Below, piece by piece: positions 1 through 8,216 of a stretch of DNA of 64,000 nt. This DNA comes from Candidatus Heimdallarchaeota archaeon (GTDB lineage Archaea > Asgardarchaeota > Heimdallarchaeia > Hodarchaeales > Hodarchaeaceae), in NCBI GenBank assembly GCA_048881705.1, contig JBHLSH010000006.1, positions 13,233 to 77,232 of the forward strand, written 5' to 3'. Each line of letters starts with the position of its first letter. The first letter of the stretch is position 1. The position numbers and the translations under genes were made by a program. A model generated the notes under the pieces. That model made no database searches. It was not told the origin of the DNA and saw nothing but the letters and a program-made list of their open reading frames with translations.

Positions 1-468
1 CTCACTGGAGGAATAGCATTGATATTATTCTTCTTTGTCCGGACACTCTTAGGACTGCCCAGCACATATTTCCCCATTTGGTCTGCTAATGGCGTTCTCA
101 TCGAGAATGCTTTTATGATCCAGAATTATTTCTGGATGAGTAAATACCCTCCAAGCATAGTTTTTCTCCTTTGGACTTTAGGAGGAATGTGTCTGGCATT
201 AGCAGCGGGATTTTATTTGCAGGAAAACGAAAAGTTTCAAAAGTGGGCAAGCGGCATCTTGTTATTTGGAAGTACAGCTTTGTTTTTCTATTGCACTCAT
301 TTATTAATCTACGGGGCGGTGCCTGTTGTTTTGGGATTAGTAAAATTGTTTTCTATTCAGGTCACATTGCTCGTATGGATCTTGGGTTTGTTAATCTTGT
401 ATCCTTTATGTATACGATTTAAACAAATCAAAAGAAGATACCCCCATTCTTTGCTTAAATATATTTAG
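1..468 (+). CDS. Polytopic membrane protein, C-terminal fragment. DUF1624/HGSNAT-like acyltransferase family suspected. The gene runs off the left edge of the window.
   Basis: The frame is open from nt 1 (LTGGIALILFFF...) into the listed ORF 19..468. There are about 4 hydrophobic helices. 'YPPSIVFLLWTLGG' and 'FGSTALFFYCTHLLIYG' resemble the C-terminal half of DUF1624 proteins. Confidence 0.45.
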   Translation, partial: LTGGIALILFFFVRTLLGLPSTYFPIWSANGVLIENAFMIQNYFWMSKYPPSIVFLLWTLGGMCLALAAGFYLQENEKFQKWASGILLFGSTALFFYCTHLLIYGAVPVVLGLVKLFSIQVTLLVWILGLLILYPLCIRFKQIKRRYPHSLLKYI

Positions 469-510
469 ACGTGTTATCACATCGTTAGTATAGAATTTTA
501 TCAAAACAAC

Positions 511-1827
511 CTAAAGAAAAGGAGATAGAATTATTAGATAAATCGTCCCAATCAGAAGATGGAAGACTCCGAGAACTCCTCCGAGCTTAAAAAATTCGAA
601 GAACGAGATTGGAGACCCCTCACGATTAGCCAAATTAATGGCCAATATATTCGCTGGACTACCTATCGGTAGGATATATCCACCTAGATTTACAGCAATC
701 ACTAATGCCCACCATTTTATCTCATCAACAACCCCGATCACTTGTAAATCCGCAAAAACTGGTGCTAGCGCGGCAGAAATTGGAATATTGTCCACAACTG
801 CCGACATGGCCCCAATTCCAAATGATATGAGTGGTAAGCTAAAAATCAGATCTAATTCAAAAAAAGGCGTTAAGATTTCACCGAGGATTTCTAAAATACC
901 GAGGATTTCAATCGATCCCACCAATATGAACAATCCCATTATGAAGTAGATAGAAATCCATTCAACATCCCGAAAGATATCTTTAGGGTGCATTCCACTA
1001 AACAACAGAAGCCCGGCGGCAACTACAAGTGCAATTTCTGCTGCTTTAAGGTGAATAATCGACCCGAAAATAAACCCTGAAACAAGAATCATTAATCCGA
1101 ATATAACTGAATAAAAAGTCCTTCGACTTTCGATAAGAACTCCCGGATCCAGACGGAATACATCCGATACAAGGTCGGGAGAAGCATCTTGAAACTTATT
1201 ACGTGCATATAAAATATAGAACGGTAAGGCCGTTAATAGTAGAATTAAACTAAGCGGCCCCATAACCATTATAAAGTCAAGAAAGGTGATCCCGCTTTTA
1301 TCTGCAAGAACTATGTTTGGTATGCTCCCGACGAGGGACGAAATCGAGCCAAAATTTGCTGTTATTGCTTCAATGGTTAGTATTGGACGAAAATCAAAAT
1401 CTAAAATTCGATAAATCTCTACAGTCAATGGTGCCACGATCAACATCGTAGTGATTACATCGAAAACGAAACTAATAATAAAAGTCACTAGAGTGAGCGA
1501 TAATAATAAAGTTCTTGGATTTCCTCTAGTAAATCGTACAATTATAATGCTAATATATTGAAAAAGGCCAGATCGGCTAGAAATGATGGTAATTATCATC
1601 ATCGCAGTGATAAAAATCAGTGTATTCCATTCAACTCGGAAAATGATGGTTTTAAATTCCGTCGGTTGCCCTTCATATTCCCATTGAGTTATTATCAAAA
1701 GAACTGATATGGCACCGGCACCTAATAGAGCTGAAATTGGCCGATGAAGCTTTTCTGCGGAAATAAGTATGTAAGTACCAACAAAAATTGCGATACCTAT
1801 GATTTGTATAAGTTCAAGTGCGGCCAT
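511..1827 (-). CDS. ArsB/NhaD (CitMHS-like) ion-transporter superfamily permease
   Basis: 438 aa and almost entirely hydrophobic helices. 'AVVDNIPISAALAP' and the N-terminal 'FVGTYILISAEKLHR' are typical of the ArsB/NhaD permease superfamily. Confidence 0.65.
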   Translation of the reverse strand: MAALELIQIIGIAIFVGTYILISAEKLHRPISALLGAGAISVLLIITQWEYEGQPTEFKTIIFRVEWNTLIFITAMMIITIISSRSGLFQYISIIIVRFTRGNPRTLLLSLTLVTFIISFVFDVITTMLIVAPLTVEIYRILDFDFRPILTIEAITANFGSISSLVGSIPNIVLADKSGITFLDFIMVMGPLSLILLLTALPFYILYARNKFQDASPDLVSDVFRLDPGVLIESRRTFYSVIFGLMILVSGFIFGSIIHLKAAEIALVVAAGLLLFSGMHPKDIFRDVEWISIYFIMGLFILVGSIEILGILEILGEILTPFFELDLIFSLPLISFGIGAMSAVVDNIPISAALAPVFADLQVIGVVDEIKWWALVIAVNLGGYILPIGSPANILAINLANREGSPISFFEFFKLGGVLGVFHLLIGTIYLIILSPFL

Positions 1828-2193
1828 TAAGAAAACTTCACACTCTCAGGATTTTACGCTCATAATAGAATACTGATTTTTCTTTTTTACTAATTATTTC
1901 ACAAAGGCATAATGAGGAGTTCATACTCTTATAATGCATCTTACTATTGGACATCCACATACCTGGTACACTTACAAATCCTCTGAATTTTCAAGCTAAT
2001 TCATGCGTAGCCATTATACCTCTATGCAATTAAATTAATAAGAATGTTGTTGATCAAACATAAGTGATAGATTCCAATTAAAGAGAGTCAATAGTTTTCA
2101 CCATATTCAAAATTAGTTTTCCATGGTAGTTTTGATCCTCTAATAAGAAGATCTTTCAGATATCGTATATTAAAAGCGCAAGGATGTCACATT

Positions 2194-3117
2194 TTGAAGG
2201 AACTTGATATAAAATCCAATATTGATCAATTTGTTGGGAAAATTATAGATTTCATAGGTAACGCAGTAGAGGAAAGAAAATATGAGGGGGTCCTAATATG
2301 GTTTTCAGGGTTCATTGATTCGACCGTAATTACGAAATTATCACTAGAAACCCTAGATGAGGATAAGATAAAGATCCTACTCCGGGCGGAAAAGTTTTAT
2401 GATGATTATGATAAGATATGTAAAAGTTCATTAGATTACCTAGGGATAAAGAAAAAGAACATTGAAGAATGCGATGTCGATGAACTATTGGATAAGTTTG
2501 GCTCCGGGCCTCTAGTCGAGGGATCAATCAGGCAGATTCCCCTAGTAAGTACGCGCCTGAGCTATTCCTTTCTGAAAGGGGCCTCTCTTGGTGAAATAAT
2601 GGATAAAACGTATGGTTTTGTTGGTAAAGCATCCTCGGGGAGAGATGAATTACTCAATCGAATAATCGCGCACAATAAGCTTAGCTCTAGGATTCAGATG
2701 GCCTCGGCATATTTGATTGCAGAAACAGAAAATCGACTCTTGATCAGTACTCTGAATAAAACCGAATTGATGACTGGTTTATTCACCAAGTTTGGAAGGG
2801 GACAGTGTGCTGATATAATGCCTCTTGGACATCTGTATAGATCCCAGATATTACAGTTGGCAGAATTTTTGGATGTTCCAGAAATTATAAGAAGTGCTGC
2901 TAAAGTCGACCTCCTTCCAGGGGTAGAGAACAAATATTTGTATTTCTTTAATCTGCCGGCTTATGATGTCGACAAGGTTCTGGTATTATTAGAAACAGGC
3001 CGATCGGTTCAGGACATTCAAAGCGAACTGAACCTATCAATTGAAGAGATTGAGAGAATTAGTACATTTGTTGCATCATCCGCGTATTCAAGAGGTGTAC
3101 CTCTGATAATTGAATAA
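2194..3117 (+). CDS. NAD+ synthetase (NadE)-like PP-loop ATP pyrophosphatase paralog with a divergent motif
   Basis: PP-loop 'WFSGFIDS' versus canonical SGGxDS. The NadE core is present: 'NKTELMTGLFTKFGRGQCADIMPLGHLYRSQILQLAEFL'. Uses a TTG start. Confidence 0.6.
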   Translation: MKELDIKSNIDQFVGKIIDFIGNAVEERKYEGVLIWFSGFIDSTVITKLSLETLDEDKIKILLRAEKFYDDYDKICKSSLDYLGIKKKNIEECDVDELLDKFGSGPLVEGSIRQIPLVSTRLSYSFLKGASLGEIMDKTYGFVGKASSGRDELLNRIIAHNKLSSRIQMASAYLIAETENRLLISTLNKTELMTGLFTKFGRGQCADIMPLGHLYRSQILQLAEFLDVPEIIRSAAKVDLLPGVENKYLYFFNLPAYDVDKVLVLLETGRSVQDIQSELNLSIEEIERISTFVASSAYSRGVPLIIE

Positions 3118-3284
3118 ACAAAACCTTCACAGCAAATCCACCTCCAAATTTCAAATCGACTCAACTAATCCGTTCTCAAGAATAGTACTTGGCAATCGGT
3201 TGATAGATCCAAAAAAATCCAAATGACAGCTTTTGATTGAGGATGAATCTATTCAAGGTCAACTATTGGAAGTTCGTTTAAATC

Positions 3285-4244
3285 TTATATCTCCGGTATT
3301 AAAGGGACCGTTCTAGCGTACCTGGATACATCGTAATAATATCTGATCTTCTGTATCGCATCAATATGGACTCCAGTCTCCTTATGGATTTCTTCCAGGG
3401 AATAGCTTCCGACCTCTAATCTTAATAAGACGCGATCAACTTCCCTATGTGATAGATCAAAGAAAAATTTATAACTCGTTGGTATCTCCTCTACTCTTTC
3501 ATCAAGATATTTCTTCAGGTTAAGATATTTTGCCAATTGAACCACCTGTGTTTTATAAAGCGCAGCTAAAGGTAGGAAATCGGCCGCATGATAGGTTCCG
3601 AATTTCGTAAAGAGCCCTAAGAGCCATTCTGTTTTATTGACATGACCAATATAAGATTTATTTTCTATTTCAGCCAGAAGGAACGACAGAAGCATATTCA
3701 GACGTATCCGGCTTTTATAGTGGGCTATTGACTGACGAATAAACTTCTCCCTTTTGGTCCTTGGCCGTTTTGAAGGAGGGCTGAAGGTTTCCAACTCAAA
3801 ATCATCGCGGGCCATGCTTTTAAACAATATATAGCTTAAATTATAATTCAATATCGGGGAGCTGTCAGTAACTGAACGAGCTACCATCTTTCCGGTTTTT
3901 TCTGAGTAAACCCTGCCAATATCCCGAATCAGATTCTCTATATTGATGAAAACAAGACTTTCGTTTGGTAGATCAAGATGCTGTTTTATCAACTCTGTGT
4001 CCCTCTCCCTAGTTGGTTTTCTGCTACTGAATCTCCCTTGAGTTACGATCAAACTGACATTTTCTGCCCCCACGGCTGCGCATGCCAATTTAACGTTAAC
4101 AAGAGACTCAACCTCGTCTCTAAAAAGCAGGACTAGGCCTTCGATGTCTCTTTTTTCCAAGAAAGAACGTAGGAATTCCACAATTTTCTCTTCAACAGAA
4201 CTTGGGTCGATTTGTAACCTTTCATCCAAAACCATTTCGCTCAT
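3285..4244 (-). CDS. NadE-like paralog with an eroded PP-loop, probably non-catalytic
   Basis: Core 'NKTEWLLGLFTKFGTYHAADFLPLAALYKTQVVQLAKYL' and C-terminus '...RTVPLIPEI' parallel ORF 2194..3117 ('...RGVPLIIE'). The SGGxDS position reads 'LLFRDEVES'. Confidence 0.5.
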   Translation of the reverse strand: MSEMVLDERLQIDPSSVEEKIVEFLRSFLEKRDIEGLVLLFRDEVESLVNVKLACAAVGAENVSLIVTQGRFSSRKPTRERDTELIKQHLDLPNESLVFINIENLIRDIGRVYSEKTGKMVARSVTDSSPILNYNLSYILFKSMARDDFELETFSPPSKRPRTKREKFIRQSIAHYKSRIRLNMLLSFLLAEIENKSYIGHVNKTEWLLGLFTKFGTYHAADFLPLAALYKTQVVQLAKYLNLKKYLDERVEEIPTSYKFFFDLSHREVDRVLLRLEVGSYSLEEIHKETGVHIDAIQKIRYYYDVSRYARTVPLIPEI

Positions 4245-4297
4245 TGGCTAATATTAACGCACTTATGATAATTGCCCTCTTGACTCGAATTCACGAT

Positions 4298-5371
4298 TTA
4301 GATCGGAACGAAGGTTTCGTCTTTGGAAATTGACCTGATCAGGTTGACGACCAAATTAACGCAATTTTCCACGTCATCTAGACTGACAACCTCACTAGCA
4401 GTGTGCATATAGCGATTTGGAATACTGACTAGGGCTGTCGCTGCTCCAACTAGTTGAAGCGCATTTGCATCTGTACCTGTTCCCCTATGTGCCGCCTTTC
4501 TTTGATAGGGTATATGAAGATCTTCAGCGAGCTTAACAATCTTTTGAAATAAGTTGGGGTTTATATTCGGACCTACAGAGATAATTGGGCCCTGACCAAG
4601 CTTGGTATCACCTACTAGTTTCTTCTTGATTTCCGGTGCATCCGCCGCATGTCCGACATCAAATGCGATCCCCACTTCTGGTCTTATACTTCGTGCTGCT
4701 ACAGTGGCACCACGCATTCCGATCTCTTCTTGTACTGAACTTACTCCATATACTCCTGCAAAGAACTGCTTATCGCTGGAAAGTTCTTTCATGATTTCCA
4801 TGGTGACAAAGGCACCGATCGCGTCATCAAAGCCAGCCGAGGCTGCATAGTTATGGTCTCCCAGTCGTTGGTATCCGTGATCAAAAACCGCAAAATCACC
4901 GATTTCAACTTTTGATTCTGCTTCCTCTTTATCGTGACATCCAATATCTATAAAGATCTTTTCGATGTCGGGAGACTTTTTACGTTCTTCTGGTTTTATT
5001 ATATGAATAGGTTTCCTCCCAATGACTCCAGGTATCGCACCATCCCGTCCCCAGACTTTTACTCGTTTTCCGGGCAACGTAGACGGATCAAAACCGCCCA
5101 GAGGTAAAAACCAAAGAAATCCATTTTTATCGATGTAGCTAATCTGGAAACCGATCTGGTCGATATGCCCTGCGAGCATAACCTTTGTAGGCGATTCTGG
5201 ATTGATTACTGCAATTAGATTCCCAACTCGATCTCCGTAGAGCTGATCCAAGTTCGCCTCTGACTGGAGGTAATCCTTGATTAGGCGTTGGGCGGAAAAT
5301 TCGTATCCCGTGGCTCTCGGTGTTGAGAGTAATGCTTTCAGAAACTCCTCATTGATGGTGTATGTCATCAT
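4298..5371 (-). CDS. M42 family metallo-aminopeptidase (TET/FrvX-like)
   Basis: 'MLAGHIDQIGFQISYIDKNGFLWFLPLGGFD', 'FDDAIGAFV', 'VQEEIGMRGA', 'AFDVGHA' and 'IPNRYMHT' match M42 metal-ligand blocks. Confidence 0.85.
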   Translation of the reverse strand: MMTYTINEEFLKALLSTPRATGYEFSAQRLIKDYLQSEANLDQLYGDRVGNLIAVINPESPTKVMLAGHIDQIGFQISYIDKNGFLWFLPLGGFDPSTLPGKRVKVWGRDGAIPGVIGRKPIHIIKPEERKKSPDIEKIFIDIGCHDKEEAESKVEIGDFAVFDHGYQRLGDHNYAASAGFDDAIGAFVTMEIMKELSSDKQFFAGVYGVSSVQEEIGMRGATVAARSIRPEVGIAFDVGHAADAPEIKKKLVGDTKLGQGPIISVGPNINPNLFQKIVKLAEDLHIPYQRKAAHRGTGTDANALQLVGAATALVSIPNRYMHTASEVVSLDDVENCVNLVVNLIRSISKDETFVPI

Positions 5372-5397
5372 GATCGGGCTTTAGGTCTCGAATGGAG

Positions 5398-5406
5398 AAA
5401 AAAAAA
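5398..5406 (-). terminator. Oligo-T tract (T9 on the minus strand) downstream of the GTPase gene
   Basis: A9 run on the plus strand, 38 nt downstream of the stop at 5444..5446. Archaeal RNA polymerase terminates at oligo-dT. Confidence 0.4.
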
Positions 5407-5443
5407 CTGTCGTTAAATCCAATTGAATTGGAAGTGAACGCTT

Positions 5444-6085
5444 TTATGACATACGAACCGGTAGTGCGCCTGATTCCCTGTTCTGAGATTGCATTTTCTG
5501 TTTATGAATCAAGCTATTAATTAGTTCGGTTGAAAGCAATTTAAACGTCTCGTCGATATTAACATTCTCTTTGGAGGATGTTTCAACATAATGAATGGAA
5601 AAACCATGCGTTTCCTGAACTAATCGTGATAATCTTTTGGCATACTCAATCCCCTGCGCTGTGGAGACTTGCCCATGAGATGATATCATCCCGCGAAGAT
5701 CGCATTTCGCGCCAACAAGTATTAATGGGCGCTCCCCTTGACCGTTCAGTTTCCAAAACGAGCTGAGCCATTCTTCAACATTCATGAAGGAGTTAGGATT
5801 TGTTATGTCAAAAAAGCATAACGCCGCAACCGCTCCTCGATAATACAGGTTGCTCACAACTTTAAACCGGGGCTGACCAGCAAGATCCCAAATCTGGTAT
5901 TTAATTAGGTACTCCGTTCTTGTGGGCCCATATTCCAAAGTGACTTCTTTCGCGGCAAAATCCGCTCCCAATGTCATTAAATATTGAGATTGGAAAGTAT
6001 CACCCAACCAAACTCTTCTGAACGAACTTTTACCTACTCCACCATCTCCAACCAATACAATTTTCGCTCGAAGAACTTTTACCAT
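5444..6085 (-). CDS. Rab/Ras-like small GTPase (eukaryote-like, Asgard-type)
   Basis: G1 'GDGGVGKS', switch I 'TLGADF', G3/switch II 'WDLAGQPRF', 'YYRGA', G4 'GAKCDL', G5 'ETSSK'. Collinear with Rab sequences. Confidence 0.9.
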   Translation of the reverse strand: MVKVLRAKIVLVGDGGVGKSSFRRVWLGDTFQSQYLMTLGADFAAKEVTLEYGPTRTEYLIKYQIWDLAGQPRFKVVSNLYYRGAVAALCFFDITNPNSFMNVEEWLSSFWKLNGQGERPLILVGAKCDLRGMISSHGQVSTAQGIEYAKRLSRLVQETHGFSIHYVETSSKENVNIDETFKLLSTELINSLIHKQKMQSQNRESGALPVRMS

Positions 6086-6628
6086 CAGTAACCCTCATTT
6101 TGAACCGGAAAAATCCCTTTTTAATAGCTCATCTATCCGATCCTACTCAAGTTGGTGAATGCGCCTCGAACCCCTATATGAGGTTTCCCATTTGCATTTT
6201 ATTTAAGTTAATATACTCACGATTTGATTTATGGGGTGTGTAAACGGCTTTTTTTTTAAAATTTATGGTTGTTACTTGTTTTCTTCCCGTTTTTCGGGTG
6301 TAAGGAAAAGGAAAATCGTGCATAAGGTACTTTGTCCTCTTATTCTTCACATATGGTGGTTAATGAGCATCCTGATCATGAATAGAGCATTTAAGCGGTC
6401 AAACCCCTAAATCAGCGATGAATGTTCGTTTTTGGATTTTTGAATGTTGTAACATCGAATACCTAAAACCCTCCTAACTAAGTCTACTTAAATGGGAAGA
6501 ATCTACATTGATGATCCCTTCCTTGCATGGTCGACAGGCGATTTAGTGCTAATATCAAGCGTCAAACAGAAACTATTGCTCCATTTGTCCATTCTTTGGT
6601 CATAAAAGTGTTAATTCTTATCTAAGAG

Positions 6629-6644
6629 AAAAAAAAAAGAAAAA
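6629..6644 (-). terminator. Oligo-T tract (T5-C-T10 on the minus strand) after propeller-like gene 1
   Basis: A10-G-A5 on the plus strand, starting 11 nt downstream of the stop at 6655..6657. Confidence 0.5.
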
Positions 6645-6654
6645 TGGAATTCAT

Positions 6655-7989
6655 TTATTCCTTCGTTTTCCGTTTAGCAATCAAAATTCCTATGCTTAAC
6701 AAGAAACCCAGGCCCGAAAAACTACTAGCACGTGGAGATGTTGTCGATGTGTTTTTAAACCATCTGACCTTGATTAACCAAAAGTCAGCACCACCGGCTC
6801 CATACGAAAAGGTTGAACCAGCAATCACAAACTCGTTATTCGCTGTCTGGATAAATGAATTTGCGCTTTCGCTCAAGGCTCCACCGAGAGTGAAGTTCCA
6901 TTGGGGTTGGCCATTATTATCCGTTCTAACCATCCAGACATCAAAACTCCCAGCACCGAATGAAGACGTTCGTCCAGCTAGAATAAAACCGCCATCATCC
7001 GTTTGGATTCCCGACGAAGCTAAATCCGCGTCTACCCCCCCAATGGTGTTGTTCCATTCCTGTTGCCCACTCGCGTCTGTCTTTAACAAAATAGCATCAC
7101 CTAAGCCAGCACCGTATGAATCCGATTCTCCAACCAGGACATAACCTCCATCAGCTGCCTGGATAACTGAAAGAGATCTATCAAAGCTCGTACCTCCGAA
7201 GTCTTTATCCCATTCAACCTCTCCGTTGGCATTGGTTTTCACTAACCACATATTATCAGGTTTGATCCCCGCATCTGAAGAGCGGAGTACTCCTACCAAG
7301 GCAAATCCCCCATCAGCTGTTTGAATTAATGAGATTCCAGTATCTGCCGCTCCTCCTCCGAATGTTTTGTCCCATTCAATCACTCCACTGGCATTGGTCT
7401 TCACTAGCCACATATCATCTGACCCTGCGCCTGAGGAGCGAGTGGTTCCAACCAAAGCAAGCCCCCCATCCGCTGTTTGGATCACTGAATTAGCGAAATC
7501 ATCCTCCGTTCCACCATATGTCTTATTCCACTCATGTTTACCATTGGTATCCGTTTTTACCATCCAAACATCCAAGCCGCCCGCGCCAAACGAGTTAGTT
7601 CTACCTGCAATGAGAAACCCACCATCAGTCGTTTGAACTACTGAGCCAGCTCTTTCGTCATCGACACCTCCAAATGTCTTATTCCATTCCGACTGACCGA
7701 TGGCATTGGTTTTTATCAACCATAAATCATCAAAACCTAAACCATACGATTCAGTGAGCCCTACAAGGACGAATCCCCCGTCGTTAGTCTTAATAAGGCT
7801 TGGTGGATAAAGGAAGCCTGATCCTGCTCCATCATCAGCTATGCCACCATAAGTGCGATTCCATACCGTTTCAATCGAAATTGATATGTTGGCCCTTGTC
7901 CTTTCTATGTCAAATCTTTCTACTGACACAACACTGATCGGAGTAAAAATCAGGATCACAAATAAAGTCAAAATGAATTTTTCACCCAT
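6655..7989 (-). CDS. Secreted 7-repeat (propeller-like) surface protein with a Ser/Thr linker and a C-terminal TM anchor
   Basis: The ORF track extends to 8031, but the ATG at 7989 (MGEKFILTLFVILIF...) has GGTGA 5 nt upstream and begins a signal-like helix. There are seven units of roughly 50 aa: 'WNKT.GG...D.A.SVIQT.DGGF.L.G.T.S.GAG..D.WLVKT...G'. The tail is 'TSTTSPRASSFSGLGFLLSIGILIAKRKTKE'. Confidence 0.75.
   Translation of the reverse strand: MGEKFILTLFVILIFTPISVVSVERFDIERTRANISISIETVWNRTYGGIADDGAGSGFLYPPSLIKTNDGGFVLVGLTESYGLGFDDLWLIKTNAIGQSEWNKTFGGVDDERAGSVVQTTDGGFLIAGRTNSFGAGGLDVWMVKTDTNGKHEWNKTYGGTEDDFANSVIQTADGGLALVGTTRSSGAGSDDMWLVKTNASGVIEWDKTFGGGAADTGISLIQTADGGFALVGVLRSSDAGIKPDNMWLVKTNANGEVEWDKDFGGTSFDRSLSVIQAADGGYVLVGESDSYGAGLGDAILLKTDASGQQEWNNTIGGVDADLASSGIQTDDGGFILAGRTSSFGAGSFDVWMVRTDNNGQPQWNFTLGGALSESANSFIQTANNEFVIAGSTFSYGAGGADFWLIKVRWFKNTSTTSPRASSFSGLGFLLSIGILIAKRKTKE
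6760..7870 (-). repeat. Array of seven tandem coding repeats (about 48-55 aa each) inside gene 6655..7989
   Basis: Repeat units were read directly from the translation. Boundaries are approximate. Confidence 0.7.
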
Positions 7990-8196
7990 CTGAATCACCT
8001 CTATTTCGGTATCGGCCGAATGTTCCGTCAATCGTGTATTTCTATGATTTTCTCGAATCTGTTTTTAAACCATTTCTTGTTTGGTTAAGCCTGTAAAGTA
8101 GAATTGGATTAATACAAACTAAATGCATTGTTAAGCGACCAGATCGTTTCCAATGAAGAATAACACTGTTTTACATACATCTATCATTGGTGGGCG

Positions 8197-8205
8197 AAAA
8201 AAAAA
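8197..8205 (-). terminator. Oligo-T tract (T9 on the minus strand) after propeller-like gene 2
   Basis: A9 on the plus strand, 12 nt downstream of the stop at 8217..8219. Confidence 0.5.
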
Positions 8206-8216
8206 GCAAGCCGTCT

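Noticed and set aside
171-422. 83-aa plus-strand ORF in an alternative frame inside the first membrane-protein gene.
   Set aside because: It lies entirely within a longer ORF that has a coherent TM-helix pattern.
2184-2196. An out-of-frame ATG 10 nt upstream of the TTG start of the first NadE-like gene, next to a T4 run. This could be another homopolymer indel.
   Set aside because: The TTG start already gives a complete family-like N-terminus, so no frameshift is needed. Noted only because of the two stronger cases at 29112 and 43463.
6161-6174. 'GGGGTTCGAGGCGC' on the minus strand, resembling a tRNA T-arm (GTTCGA).
   Set aside because: The flanking bases do not form a T-stem, and no acceptor or anticodon stems can be built. 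I see no tRNA in the window.
6086-6654. 570-bp ORF-free region upstream of the GTPase gene, scanned for C/D-box sRNA (TGATGA at about 6518) or other RNA genes.
   Set aside because: No matching D box (CTGA) at the right distance and no terminal stem. Treated as a long promoter or intergenic region.
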